Assembly (NCBI GenBank): GCA_013265495.1
Contig: MU057654.1
Span: forward strand, 173,203 to 237,202
Source: Vicugna vicugna
Taxonomy: Eukaryota
Direction: 5' to 3'
DNA: 64,000 nucleotides
The position numbers and the translations under genes were made by a program. Numbering within the stretch: position 1 is the first letter of the stretch; the number at the start of each line of letters is the position of its first letter. A model generated the notes under the pieces. That model was not told the DNA's origin, ran no database searches, and saw only the letters and a list, made by a program, of their open reading frames with translations. Shown piece after piece: positions 51,991 through 64,000 of the stretch.

Positions 51991-54900
51991 CTTTTTAAAT
52001 TTTTTTAATGATTTATAATCATTTTACAATGTGTGTCAAATTCCAGTGTAGAGCACAATTTTTCAGTCATACATAAACATATACATATCCATTGTCACAT
52101 TTTTTTCTCTGTGAGCTACCATAAAATCTTATGTATATTTCCCTGTGCTATACAGTATAATCTTGTTTATCTATTCTACAATTTTGAAATCCCGTCTATC
52201 CCTTCCCACCCTCTGCCCCCTTGGCAACCACAAGTTTATGTTCTATGTCTAACAGTCTATTTCTGTTTTGTATTTATGCTTTGTTTTTTTTGTTTTTGTT
52301 TTTGTTTCTGTTTTTCTTAGATTCTACATATGAGCAATCTCATATGGTATTTTTCTTTCTCTTTCTGGCTTACTTCACTTAGAATGACATTCTCCAGGAG
52401 CATCCATGTTGCTGCAAATGGCATTATGTTGTCAGTTTTTATGGCTGAGTAGTATTCCATTGTATAAATATACCACCTCTTCTTTATCCAGTCACCTGTT
52501 GATGGACATTTAGGCTGTCTCCATGTCTTGGCTATTGTAAATAGTGCTGCTATGAACATTGGGGTGCAGGTGTCATCCTGAAGTAGATTTCCTTCTGGAT
52601 ACAAGCCCAGGAGTGGGATTCCTGGGTCATATGGTAAGTCTATTCCTAGTCTTTTGAGGAATCTCCACACTGTTTTCCACAGTGGCTGCACCAAACTGCA
52701 TTCCCACCAGCAGTGTAGGAGGGTTCCCCTTTCTCCACAGCCTCTCCAGCATTTCTCATTTGTGGACTTTTGAATGATGGCCATTCTGACTGGTGTGAGG
52801 TGATACCTCATTGTAGTTTTGATTTGCATTTCTCTGATAATTAGTGATATTGAGCATTTTTCATGTGCCTAATGATCATTTCTATGTCTTCCCTGGAGAA
52901 TTGTTTGTCTAGGTCTTTTGCCCATTTTTGGATTGGGTTATTTGGTTGTTACTTACTAAGTCGTATGAGCTGCTTATATAGTGTGGAGATCAAGCCTTTG
53001 TCAGTTTCATTTGTAAAAATTTTCTCCCATTCCGTAGGTTGTCTTTTTGTTTTACTTATGGTTTCCTTTCCTGTGCAGAAGCTTCTAAGTTTCATTAGGT
53101 CCCATTTGTTTATTCTTGCTCTTATTTCTATTGCTTGAGTAGACTGTTCTAGGAGAACATTGCTGAGATGTATGTGAGATAACGTTTTGCCTATATTTTC
53201 TTCTAGGAGGTTTATTGTATCTTGTCTTATGTTTAAGTCTTTGACCCATTTAGAGTTTATTTTTGCGTATGGGGTAAGGGAGTGTTCTGGCTTCATTGCT
53301 TTACATGGTGCCGTCCAGTTTTCCCAACACCATTTGCTGAAGAGACTGTCTTTATTCCATTGTATATTCTTGCCTCCTTTGTCAAAGATTATTTGACTGA
53401 AAGTTTGTGGGTTCATTTCTGGGCTCTCTATTCTGCTCCATTGGTCTATATGCCTGTTTTTGTACCAATACCATGTTGTCTGGATGACTGTAGCTCTATA
53501 GTGTTGTCTGAAGTCTGGGAGAGTGATTCCTCCAGCCTCTTTCTTTCTCTTCAGTAATGCTTTGGCAATTCTAGGTCTTTGATGGTTCCATATAAGTTTT
53601 ATTGTGATTTGTTCTAGTTCTGTGAAATATGTCCTGGGTAATTTGATAGGGATTGCTTTAAATCTGTAGATTGCCTTGGGCAGTGTGACCATTTTAACAA
53701 TATTAATTCTTCCAATCCAAGAGCATGGGATATCTTTCCATTTTTTAAAGTCTTCTTTAATTTCCTTCATCAATGGTTTATAGTTTTCTGTGTATAATTC
53801 TTTCACCTCCTTGGTTAGATTTATTCCCAGATATTTTATTACTTTGGGTGCTATTTTAAAGGGGATTGTTTCTTTACTTTCTTTTTCTGTTGATTTATCA
53901 TTAATGAAAAGAAATGCAACTGATTTTTGAACGTTAATCTTGTAATCTGCTACCTTGCTGAATTCTTCAATCAGCTCTAGTAGTTATTGTGGGGGCCATT
54001 TAGGGTTTTCTATACATAGTAACATGTCATTGGCATATAGTGACACTTTTACCTCTTCTTTTCCAATTTGGATCCCTTTTATTTCTCTCTCTTGCCTGAT
54101 TGCTGTGGCTAGGACTTCCAGGACTATGTTGAATAGGAGTGGTGATAATGGGCAGCCTTGTCTTGTCCCAGATTTTAGTGAGAAGCTTTTGACCTTTTCA
54201 CCGTTGAGTACTATGCTGGCTGTAGGTTTGTCATATATAGCTTTTATTACGTTGAGATATGTTCCCTCTATACCCACTTTGGTGAGAGTTTTTATCGTAA
54301 ATGGGTGTTGAATTTTATCAAATGCTTTTTCTGCATCTATTGAGATGATCATGTGGTTTTTGTCCTTTCTCTTGTTGATGTGATGTATTACATTGATTGA
54401 TTTGCGTATGTTGAACCACCCTTGTGTCCCTGGGATGAACCCCACTTGGTCATGATGTATAATCTATTTTATGTGTTGATGGGTTCTATCTGATAATATT
54501 TTGGTGAGGATTTTGGCATCTATGTTCATCAGTGATATTGGCCTATAATTCTCTTTTTTGGTGGTGTCTTTGCCTGGTTTTGGTATCAGGGTGATGGTGG
54601 CTTCATAGAATGAGTTTGGGAATATTCCCTCCTTTTCAATCTTCTGGAAGAGTTTGAGAAGGACTGGTATGAGTTTTTCTTTGTATGTTTGGTAGAATTC
54701 CCCGGTGAAGCATATGTTTGGTAGAATTCCCCAGTGAAGCTGTCCGGTCCTGGACTTTTATTTGTAGGGAGGTTTTTGATTGCTATTTCTATTTCCTTTC
54801 TAGTGATCGGATTGTTCAAGTGGTCAGTTTCTTCTTGATTCGGTTTTGGTGGACAGTATGTTTCCAGAAACTTGTCCATCTCCTCTAGGTTATCCAGTTT

Positions 54901-57900
54901 GGTTCCATATAGTTTTTCATAATATTTTCATATGATGTTCTGTATTTGTATGTTATTTGTTGTAATTTCTCCATTTTCCTTTCTTATTTTGCTAATTTGT
55001 GCTCTCTCTTTTTTCTTCTTTGTAAGTTTGGCCATAGGCTTGTCGATTTTATTTACTTTTTTAAAAAAAACAGCTTTTGGTTTAATTGATTTTTTCTATA
55101 GTTTTTTAATCTCTATTTTATTTATTTCCTCCCTGATCTTTATAATTTCCTTCCTTCTGCTACATTTTGGGATTTTTGTTCTTCTTTTTCTAGTTCTTTT
55201 AGTTGGTGGCTTAAATTGTTTATTTGAGATTGTTCTTTTTTGAGGAAGGCCTGTGTCGCTATAAACTTCCCTCTTAGCACTGCCTTTGCTGTGTCCCATA
55301 AATTTTGTGTGGTTGTGCTTTCACTTTCATTTGTCTCAAGGTATGTTTTAATTTCAGCTTTGATTTCCTCATTGACCCATTGTCTTTTCAATAGCATATT
55401 TTTTAATCTCCATGCTTTCCTTTTTTTCTCCTTTGCTTCTCTGTTGTTGATTTCTAGTTTCATGGCATTGTGGTCAGTAAAGATGCTTGAGATAATTTCT
55501 ATCTTCTTAAAATTGTTGAGGTTTCTTTTGTGCCCAAGTACATGATCAATCTTAGAAAATGTTCCATGTGTACTTCAAAAGAATGTATATCCTATTTTTG
55601 GGGGGGGGTGTAATCCTCTGAAAATATCCACCAAATCTAACTTTTCTATTGTGTTATTTAGTTTCTCTGTTGCCTTATTTATTTTCCATCCGGAAGATCT
55701 GTCTAGTGATGTTAATGCTGTGTTAAAATCTCCAGCTATGGTTGTATTCCCATCAATAGCCCCCTTTATCTCTGTTAGTAATTGTTCTATGTATTTAGCT
55801 ACTCCTATATTGGGTGCATATATATTAACGAGTGTAATATCCTCATCTTGTATCACTCCTTTAATCATTATAAAATATCCTTCTTTATCTTTCTTTATGG
55901 CCTTTGTTTTAAAGTCTATTTTGTCTGAAATCAGTACTGCAATGCCTGTTGTTTTGGCTTTTCCATTTACATGGAATATCCTTTTCCATCCTTTCACTCT
56001 CAATCTATATGTGTCCTTCTCCCTAAAGTGGATCTCTTGTATGCAGCATATTGAAGGTTCTTGCTTTATTATCCAGTCTGCCACTCTACATCTTTTGACT
56101 GGAGCATTTAGCCCATTAACATTTACAGTAGTTAATGATAGATGTGTGTTTATTGTCATTTTGAACTTATCTTTGCAGTTGCCTTGGTATTTCCTCTTTG
56201 TTCCTTTCTTCTTCCTTTTGTGGTTTGGTAATCTTCCTTTGTATTATCATGGATTTTATTTAGTGTTTGTGACTCCCTTGTAAGTTTTTGGCTTGTGGTT
56301 ACCCATTTCTGTAAGTCTGTTAGCCCATAACTATATCTCGAACCCATCCTACCGAAAACAAAAAATTTAAAAAAGAAAGAAAAAAATACTCTATATTTTC
56401 TTGCTTCCCTCTCCCACTCTTAATGATTTAAATGTCTTCTTTTACAATTCGTGTTTAGTTTATTTGTAATTCATGAGTTATCACCTTTCCAGTTGTGAGT
56501 TTCTGATTTCTGTAGCATCCTGCTGCTTTTCTATTTAGAATAGCCTTTTCAATATTTCTTTTAACATGGGTCTAGTGTTGCTAAACTCCTGCAGCTTTTT
56601 TTTGTCTTTGAAACTCATAATCAGGTGGATTTTTTAAAATAATAATATAACTACTTTAAGAGAAAAATTTAAAAGGAATTAAAACCAGAAGTATATACAA
56701 TTGTTTAGAAAGAAAATTTAAAAAGGAATTAAAACTAGAAGCATATACAATTGTTTAGGAAGTAGAAATTAAAAAGGTAATAAATAGAACAGATAAAAAA
56801 AGATACGATAAAGAGAATTTTGAAAAACGGGAGGAAAAAAGTTTTGAAAACAGTGTATAATGAATAATTGAAGAGTAAGTTGAAGCAGAATAGCAATCGG
56901 GTTGAGACGTCTCTTAAAAAGCTTTAAAATAGGAGAAAAGAGGGAAAAATATATTTGAAACCTGTGTATAATCAATAACAGGAGGTCAAAACCAAGAGAG
57001 ATAAAAATGACATGACGTGGATTTTTAAAAATAATAGTATTATTTTAAAAGAAAAATTTAAAAGAGATTAAAACTGGGAGGATATATAATTGTTTTAAAA
57101 GTAAAAATTAAAAAGGTAATAGAAAATACAACAGGTAAAAACAGATTTTAAAAAAGGAGTGGGGAGGGGGTGTTCTCCTGGAAACTGTGTGCTTTTAATG
57201 AGAAGTCTTCCTGTCTTTGCCCTGTTTTGTGAGCTCGGCTTGGTGTTTCCAGAGGCCCACCGTTGGCGCCCTCATCTGTACTGTTCCCAGTGCCTGTTGG
57301 CAAGCAGATCGTGCCCCCTCCCAGCACAGCGTTCCTGCCGGAAAGGCAGGGTGCCACCCGCCGTCTCCCGGCGCTGGTCGTTCCGCAGCTGTGTGCTGCT
57401 ACACGCTCTGCCCCGGGTCGGCGCTCCGCAGGTGGCCCGGGAAGACCGCGGAACAGCCCCACCCCTGCTCCGTGTCCAATGTTTGTTCTGGCGGCGCAAA
57501 CTTTGCGAGGCACCTGGGTGGAAGGATCCTATCCAACTCGGACTGCAAACAAGTCACTATCTGGCCTTTGAGGCTGCCGAGCCTCCAGGCGCAGATTCAG
57601 GTTTTGCCCCCACCCCCACCTGGGTGCCAAGCGCCAGAGGATATGGTGGCTGCACCTGAGACCTGCCTCTCCTCCCCGAAAACCTTCCGTGGGTTTTCAG
57701 AGATGAGGGTATGCACACTTCCCCCCAGGGCACATCAGCCTGCTGTTTTATGGAGGGCCCAGGTTGTTCTGCCCTGTGCACCCATTCATCCACGTTGCGC
57801 AGCACCCTGCAGTTCCCTGGGGCTGCCTCAGTGCAGCCTTCCCTGTCCTCTGCCCACCTCAGGCAGCCTGTCCCCGCCCCCAGCTCCCAGCCTGGGTCTC

Positions 57901-58294
57901 GGGCTGGGTGTCGCAGGGACCCTCTGTGCCCATTTAACTTAATTCTGTCCGTCAAGGGCTGCTCCCTACACATCCGAGCTTCGGAAGCTCCCCCTCCTTT
58001 CCGCTGGCCTCTCTGTTGGAGAGGGGAGACCCAGTGCACTAGCGCCAGTCCTCCTTTTTCGCTCCCTCCCCTCAGGACCGGTCCCGCACTGTTTTGCCTT
58101 TTCACCTTCCTTGTTTTTCCTTTCTCCTACCAGATTTTTGGCATCTTTGTCTTTTGAAGAGGACAATGTTCTGTTGGAGTTCCACAGGTGCTCTGGTTGG
58201 CTGAGTGGGTCCGTGGATGTGAGCCTTGGTGTATCTGTGGGAGAGGGTGAGCCACGAGTGTCCTACTACTCCGCCATCTTGGCCTCTCTCTCCC
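51991..58294 (-). mobile_element. Young, 5'-complete L1 with most of ORF1 deleted and a disrupted ORF2
   Basis: 5' end ggccaagatggcggag and a CpG-rich 5'UTR. ORF2 starts MTINTHLSLTTVNVNGLNAP at 56159, with endonuclease, RT and C-terminal pieces to 52317. Perfect 16-bp TSD ccagtatgtagcttct at 51975-51990 and 58295-58310. Confidence 0.95.
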
Positions 58295-59238
58295 CCAGTA
58301 TGTAGCTTCTTATCCTGCCCATCATGCACAAAGGTAACCTCTACAGAAGAAGAAAAATAATCCTAAAATTTATATTGAACAACAAAAGACCCTGAATAAC
58401 CAAAACAATACTGAGAAAGAGGAATAAAGTGAGAGACATCACACTTCCTGATTTCTTTTTTTATTTTTGAATTTCACACTTCCTGATTTCAAGCTATATT
58501 ACGAATCTGTAGTAATCAAAACAGTATGGTACTAGCATAAAAACAAACACAAGACCAATGGAACAAAATGGAGAGGCCAGAAATAAACCCAAGCTTATGT
58601 GGTCAACTATCATTTGATAGGGGAACCAAGAATACTCAATGAAACATATTCTGTTCAATAAATAGTGCTGGGAAAATTAGATATATACATATAAAAGAAT
58701 AAAACTAGACCCCTATCTTACACCACTAACAAAAATTAGTTTGAAATGGATTAAAGACTTAAATGTAAGACCTAAGCCATAACACTCCTGGAGGAAAACA
58801 TAGGCAAAAGGCTCTTTGGCATGAGTTTTGGCAATGATTTTTTGGATTTGACACCAAAATCAAAGGCAGGAAAAGAAAAATTAACAAGTGGGACTATATC
58901 AAACTAAAAAGCTTCTGCAAAGCAAACAAAATGATCAACAAAATGAAAAGGCAACCTATGGAATGGGAGAAATTTTTGAAAATCATTTATCTACTAAATG
59001 GTTAATATTGAAAATATATAAACAACTCAATATTGAAAAGAACAATCCAAAAAAGGGAGGGGGCAAAGGACCCGATTATACATTTTTCCAAAAAAGTCAT
59101 ACAGATGGCCAACAGGTACATGAAAAGTTGTTCAACATTACTAATCATTAGGGAATTGAAAATCAAACCCATAATGGGCTATCTCATGCTCGTTAAAATG
59201 GTTGTCACCAAAAACACGAGATAATAAACACTGGTGAG

Positions 59239-60764
59239 CCCCATCTCGAGATGGATAAAGTGAAACTGAACCAGAAGAGATTGGGCCAAGAGCTCAACTT
59301 CATCCTGTCTCAGCAGAAGGAGCTGGAGTATATGCTGAGCCCACTGGAGGATTCAGTCAAGGAGCAGAGCTGACCGGTGTACCTGCAGCACGCTGACGAG
59401 GAGCTTGAGAAAACCTACAAATTGGCCAAGAACACAGGCACAACTGAAGCGCATGGCCCAGGACCTCAAGGACATCATCAAGCACCTGAACACGTCTGGG
59501 GGTCCCTGCCAACACCAGCGACCTGCAAGATCTTCAGTGCACACATAAACTCGCTGCAGTGGATCCACCAGAACTTGGCGTTGCAATGGAAGGTGGAGGA
59601 GGTGACCAGGCTGTGTGAGAGGTGGCACCAGGAGCCTGAGTGCAGCTTTTGCATCACATTCAACTGAGTCCCCTCTGGCTCCGAGGGTATTCAGCTGTGG
59701 GAATGTGCAGTTATATTCTCCTTTTCAGTTGCAATGAAATCCTGGTTTATGTGTTTCTTTCAAGCAGTTGTGTTGTTGAGAGAACTGTTCTGTGGTTTGA
59801 CTTTTTCATGTTAGTGAATAGAAAGTATTCTAAACGCCCTGGTCCAAGCAGCAGCCTAGTAGGTGTGATTCTGTGTGTGTCGCTGTTGTATCCTACACCC
59901 TCTCCATCTACTGAAACCACCCTCTTCCAAGTGCTGGAGGAGTGCTGATCCGCCTGAGAACCAGCTCTCCCAGCCAGGGCATGCAGGCGGCCACTCTGCC
60001 CAACACACAGTCATAGGTGCAAGAGAGAAGACTCAGCTTAAAGAATCTCTATCCTCAAGGGGACAGTAGCCTAATATAAGTATAACCAGGACAAAGAAGG
60101 GACTTATTAATGGAACAGACAGCGGGATGTAGAATTTCAAATTAGGAAAGACAGGTCAGACTAGGGACTTGAATGAAGTTTTGAGAAAAGAAGTCTTTAC
60201 ATTTCCTGGCCAACACACCTCTTCATCCTCCAGGTCTCTTTATCTTAGGCCTCATTTCCTCTAAGAAGCCCTCTGGTCCATCCTGAAGTGGGATCAGGCG
60301 GCCATCCTGTGGGCCCCATGCCCCGCTGAACTTGCAAGCTTGCATCTTTGGTAATGCTTGCCACACTGTATTGTGCCAACTCTTTACTTCTCTGTCTTCT
60401 TGTTAGATTGTGAGCCTCTGTGGGTAGGGACTATTTCTTGTTCCCCTTGTGTCCTCAGCACAATCCCTGTCACATTGCTCAAATGGATAAACAATGGAGA
60501 TGAAACCTGGCATAAAATTTTAATCCACAGAATGCCTGCTGAAGTGACCAGGGTGCCAGAGGCCACCAGACCTGGTTTTGAACCTCCCAAAGCCAAAGCA
60601 GCCCTGATCAGTTACAGTGAGATTCACATTGTCCAGGAGGCAGAAGCCAACCAGTATCCCAGTTGTCTTTTGTACTTGACTCCACATTCTGCTGCACTCT
60701 CTGAAATACCTATGATTATATGTTGCTTTCTTAAATAAAATAAAATTTATTGTGGAACAAAGGG
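59239..60764 (+). pseudogene. NUP62: 5'-truncated processed copy of NUP62 (C-terminal coiled coil, stop 59665-59667, long 3' tail)
   Basis: KVKLNQKRLGQELNFILSQQKELE...YLQHADEELEKTYKLA...LKRMAQDLKDII...CKIFSAHINSLQWI...KVEEVT...ITFN*, with a stop and frameshifts. AATAAA at 60734. TSD aaa(c/t)actggtgag at 59226-59238 and 60765-60777. Confidence 0.88.
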
Positions 60765-60944
60765 AAATACTGGTGAGGATGTAGAGAAGAGGGAACTCTT
60801 GTGCACTGTCAGTGGGATTATAAATTGATATAGCCACTATGGAAAATACTATGGAGGTTCCTCAAAAAATTACAAATAGAACTACCATATGATCCAGCAA
60901 TTCCACTTCTGGGTGAATATCCATAGGAACCAAAATCACTATGT

Positions 60945-61058
60945 GGAGGAGGGTATAGCTCAAGTGGTAAGGCATGAGATCCTCAGTTCAATCCCCAGTA
61001 CGTCCTCTAACAACAAATAAATAAACCTAATTACTTACCCCTCCAAAAAGTAAATAAA
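60945..61058 (+). mobile_element. tRNA-derived SINE (Vic-1-like, internally shortened)
   Basis: ggaggagggtatagctcaagtggta...gttcaatccccagtac. TSD caaaatcacta on both sides. Confidence 0.75.
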
Positions 61059-62714
61059 CAAAATCACTACATCAAAGAGATACGTGCATCTCCATATTCA
61101 TTGCATAATTATTTACAATAACCAAGTCATGGAAACAACCTAAGTGTCCATCAACAGATGAATGGGGAAAGAAAATGTGGTGTATATATACACACATGCA
61201 GTGGAATACTATTCAGCCTTCAAAACAGAAAGAAACCCTGCCATTTGCTACAACATGATGGACATTGAGGGCATTATGCTCAGTGAAATAAGTCAGACAG
61301 AGAAAGAAAAATACTGTATGATCTCACTTATACGTGGAATCTAAAAAAAACTCATAGAAAAATAGACCAGATTTGTGGTTACCAGAGGTGTGGTTTGAGG
61401 GGTGGGGGAGCTGGATGAAGTTGGTTAAAAGGTACAAACTTCCAGTTATAAGATTAATAAATACTGGGGATGGCATGTACAACATGATGACTATAGTTAA
61501 AACTGCTGCATAGTATATTGGAAAGTTGCTAGGAGAGTAGATTCTAAAAGTTCTCATCACAAGAAATAAACCTTTTTTTCTTTTTTATCTATGTGAGAGG
61601 ATGGATGTTAAATAAATTTACCACGGTGATCTTTTCACAATATATGTAAGTGGAATCATGATGTTGTAAACCTTAAATTTCTATGGTGCTGTATGTCAAT
61701 TATGTCTCAATAAAAATGAAAGAAAAAAGAAAGTACACACACACACACATACACACACGCTATTGGCTCTGTTTCTCTGTAGAACACTAATTAATACACC
61801 AAGCAGTGCAGAAATTGCTATTCCATGGATAACACTTTGAGTAGCAAGGAACTAGAGAATATCTGGTATGTGGGCACATAAGCTCATCTATAATAATGCT
61901 CATTTCAGCACTGGTTATGAGAGCAAACTTTTAGGAAAGAACAAGATGTCCATTAACAGTGGTCCAAAATACATCGTGATTGGTCTTTCAGTGGAATATT
62001 ATACAGCAGTAAAAATGAATGCCCTAGACATATAAGATTCAGGCCACATGTATATCTGAAACCTGTAATGTTAAATCAAGTCATCAACTGGAAGATAAGG
62101 ACAGCTATAGTAATGAAATATATGTGTATGTATATATATATATACAATCACATATATAAAACATTTTAAAAGATGCTTTCATTCATAGTAAAAGTATAAA
62201 GCAATTTATGGAGACTATAAACACTTCATTCTGGTTATTAGAATCTGAGGGAGAAGGAAGGACAATGAAATAAAGGAAGGGATTCAAAGCAACTGTCAAG
62301 TTTATTGCTTATAACCTGCATAGCAGGGTACACAAGTGTCCATCTTATAATTATCTATAAACTTTCATATATTTGATGGTTGATAAATAACAAACAAAGC
62401 TTTTAGGGGCTGAAGTTTTTATCATAAATGTAATGGATATTCACTTTACCAAATGATTAAAATACAGTTAACTACAGAGATGAAAACATCAGTAATCAGC
62501 AATTCCACCATCACTGGAAAAAAATTTTACTGAGTTCTATTCCCTTATTTTTAGTTTACTTGCATTTATTCAAATATATTGTAACATACATTACATTGAC
62601 ATTTCATAGAACTACGGTATCATATATGAAGTTTTATGTTATTACTGTCTTGTTGATTTTTGCAATTACTACTAAATCATTTGATATGGTATGGGGAAAG
62701 TATTTAACTTTGAT

Positions 62715-62985
62715 TTTTTAAAAAGACTATTATTTTACAGCAGTTTTAGGTTCACAGCAAAACTGAGAAGATACAGAGATTTCTCATATACTCCCTGCTC
62801 CCACACATGCATGTCCTCCCCTATTATCAACATCTTGCAACAGAATTGTATGTTTGTTACCATTAATGAACCTATATTGACACATCATAATCACCCAAAG
62901 CCCATAGTTTACCTTAGAGTTCACTCTTGGAGTTGTACATTCTATGGGTTTGGACAAATGTATAGTGACATGCACTCATCATTTT
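62715..62985 (-). mobile_element. Old L1 3'UTR fragment
   Basis: cagttttaggttcacagcaaaactgag...acctatattgacacatcat motif. Confidence 0.65.
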
Positions 62986-64000
62986 AACTTTGCTTTTTAT
63001 TGAAACTTTATAGCTGTACATTCCCATTTCCTTAGCTATGCATCTTAATCCACACTCTTGGAACTGCCACATTTCATATTAATGCTGTTTCATATTAAAT
63101 AATGTATATATCTGGTCCTGCTCATGAGCTTTCTAGTCTTTCTTTCTCTGTATGTCAACCAGTCTGCTCCCAACAGTGATGAGATTACAGCACCACAGAA
63201 CAATTATGGTTCCTGGCAATGTCGATCCAATCCACAGGACTCTCCTTTTGGATGGCTGGAGGAGTCATGGTAATTACAATGGATATTGCAAATATGTATT
63301 CAGCACTGAAGTTGCTGTGCATTGCTCTGAGTGCTTTCAATGTAGTGTTTCATTTGATCTTCACTGTACTCTTAAGCAGCAGGTACCATCCCGATTCCCA
63401 CTTAACACAAAAGAAACAGTGAGACTCAGAGAAAGGAAAATGTTTACTGAAGAGCACGCACCCTGCAACTAAAGGTACCCAGGGATAAACCCACACCTGG
63501 AACCACTGTCTGTACTGAGCATTCTTCTGTGTTAAACTGAGGTCAGCACAGGGGAAGAGACTCACCCAAGGTCCTGTGGTTCAGCATGGGCACAGGCCTT
63601 CTGAAGCTAGCCTTTTGTCCAGCAAGCCTTTTATTGCTTTCTTATCATATAGACTCTTTATCTAAGGCTTAGTTGGAAACTGCCGCTTCAATTATCAAGC
63701 CAGAAGGTAAAAGAAGGGGACAGAGAATAACCTGGAATAAAAGCAAAGTATTTTCTTTTCTCTCTCAAAATTTGTGTAATTCGTCCTACAACACAGAAAT
63801 GACACCAAAACTCATGCACTAGGTAAATGTCTGTACGTTTCTCTTCCTAGGCTGCATTTCTAGGTGCTCTCTATGACAGACATGTTCCTTGATTTATTTA
63901 AAAGTCATCTCTTTCATGGAGAGAGGAGCAGGCTGGGTAGTACTAACGTTTGTCCTAGTCCTACAATGTGCCATATGTTTCCACAGGGTTTCTCCTTTTT

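Larger units (their letters stand above)
58345..61730 (+). mobile_element. Older L1 3' region interrupted by the NUP62 retrocopy and a SINE
   Basis: ORF2-end motifs at 58345-59238. The element resumes at 60765 and runs to its 3'UTR/A-tail at ~61730. Confidence 0.8.

Noticed and set aside
57148..58329. Cluster of long GC-rich ORFs or a CpG island suggesting a gene
   Set aside because: It lies within the L1 5'UTR, and the ORFs have no recognisable protein features.
63163..63270. Possible isolated exon (ag|tctgctccc...gtcatg|gtaatt)
   Set aside because: No recognisable protein match and no partner exons identified in the window.

Overview
Mammalian (non-prokaryotic) genomic DNA. It is probably camelid, judged from three tRNA-Ala-type Vic-1-like SINEs, and probably from the X-linked NXF cluster. 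It holds an apparently intact, 21-coding-exon NXF2-like nuclear RNA export factor gene (+, CDS 33288-49684, 634 aa, CpG-rich promoter near 32.2 kb). It also holds a 5'- and 3'-truncated NXF3-like copy (+, 2941-7713) whose surviving exons are all open. Two processed retrocopies are present: STOX1 (-) and a 3' fragment of NUP62 (+). The rest is mostly L1, LTR, L2 and SINE debris. Main findings: (1) The STOX1 retrocopy is flanked by a target-site duplication (TSD) and begins with an ERV LTR R-U5, a tRNA-Ile primer-binding site (PBS) and a leader in place of STOX1 exon 1, which suggests a fossil LTR-driven STOX1 transcript. (2) The NXF2 intron equivalent to the retained NXF1 intron 10, which carries a constitutive transport element (CTE), still encodes a 17-aa read-through peptide plus stop resembling the short-NXF1 C-terminus. 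(3) A sharply bounded ~1.5 kb gene-conversion tract homogenises the NTF2-like domain between the NXF2 and NXF3 paralogs. (4) Several L1s keep both ends but lack large internal segments. All protein identifications are from recalled sequences; no database search was run.
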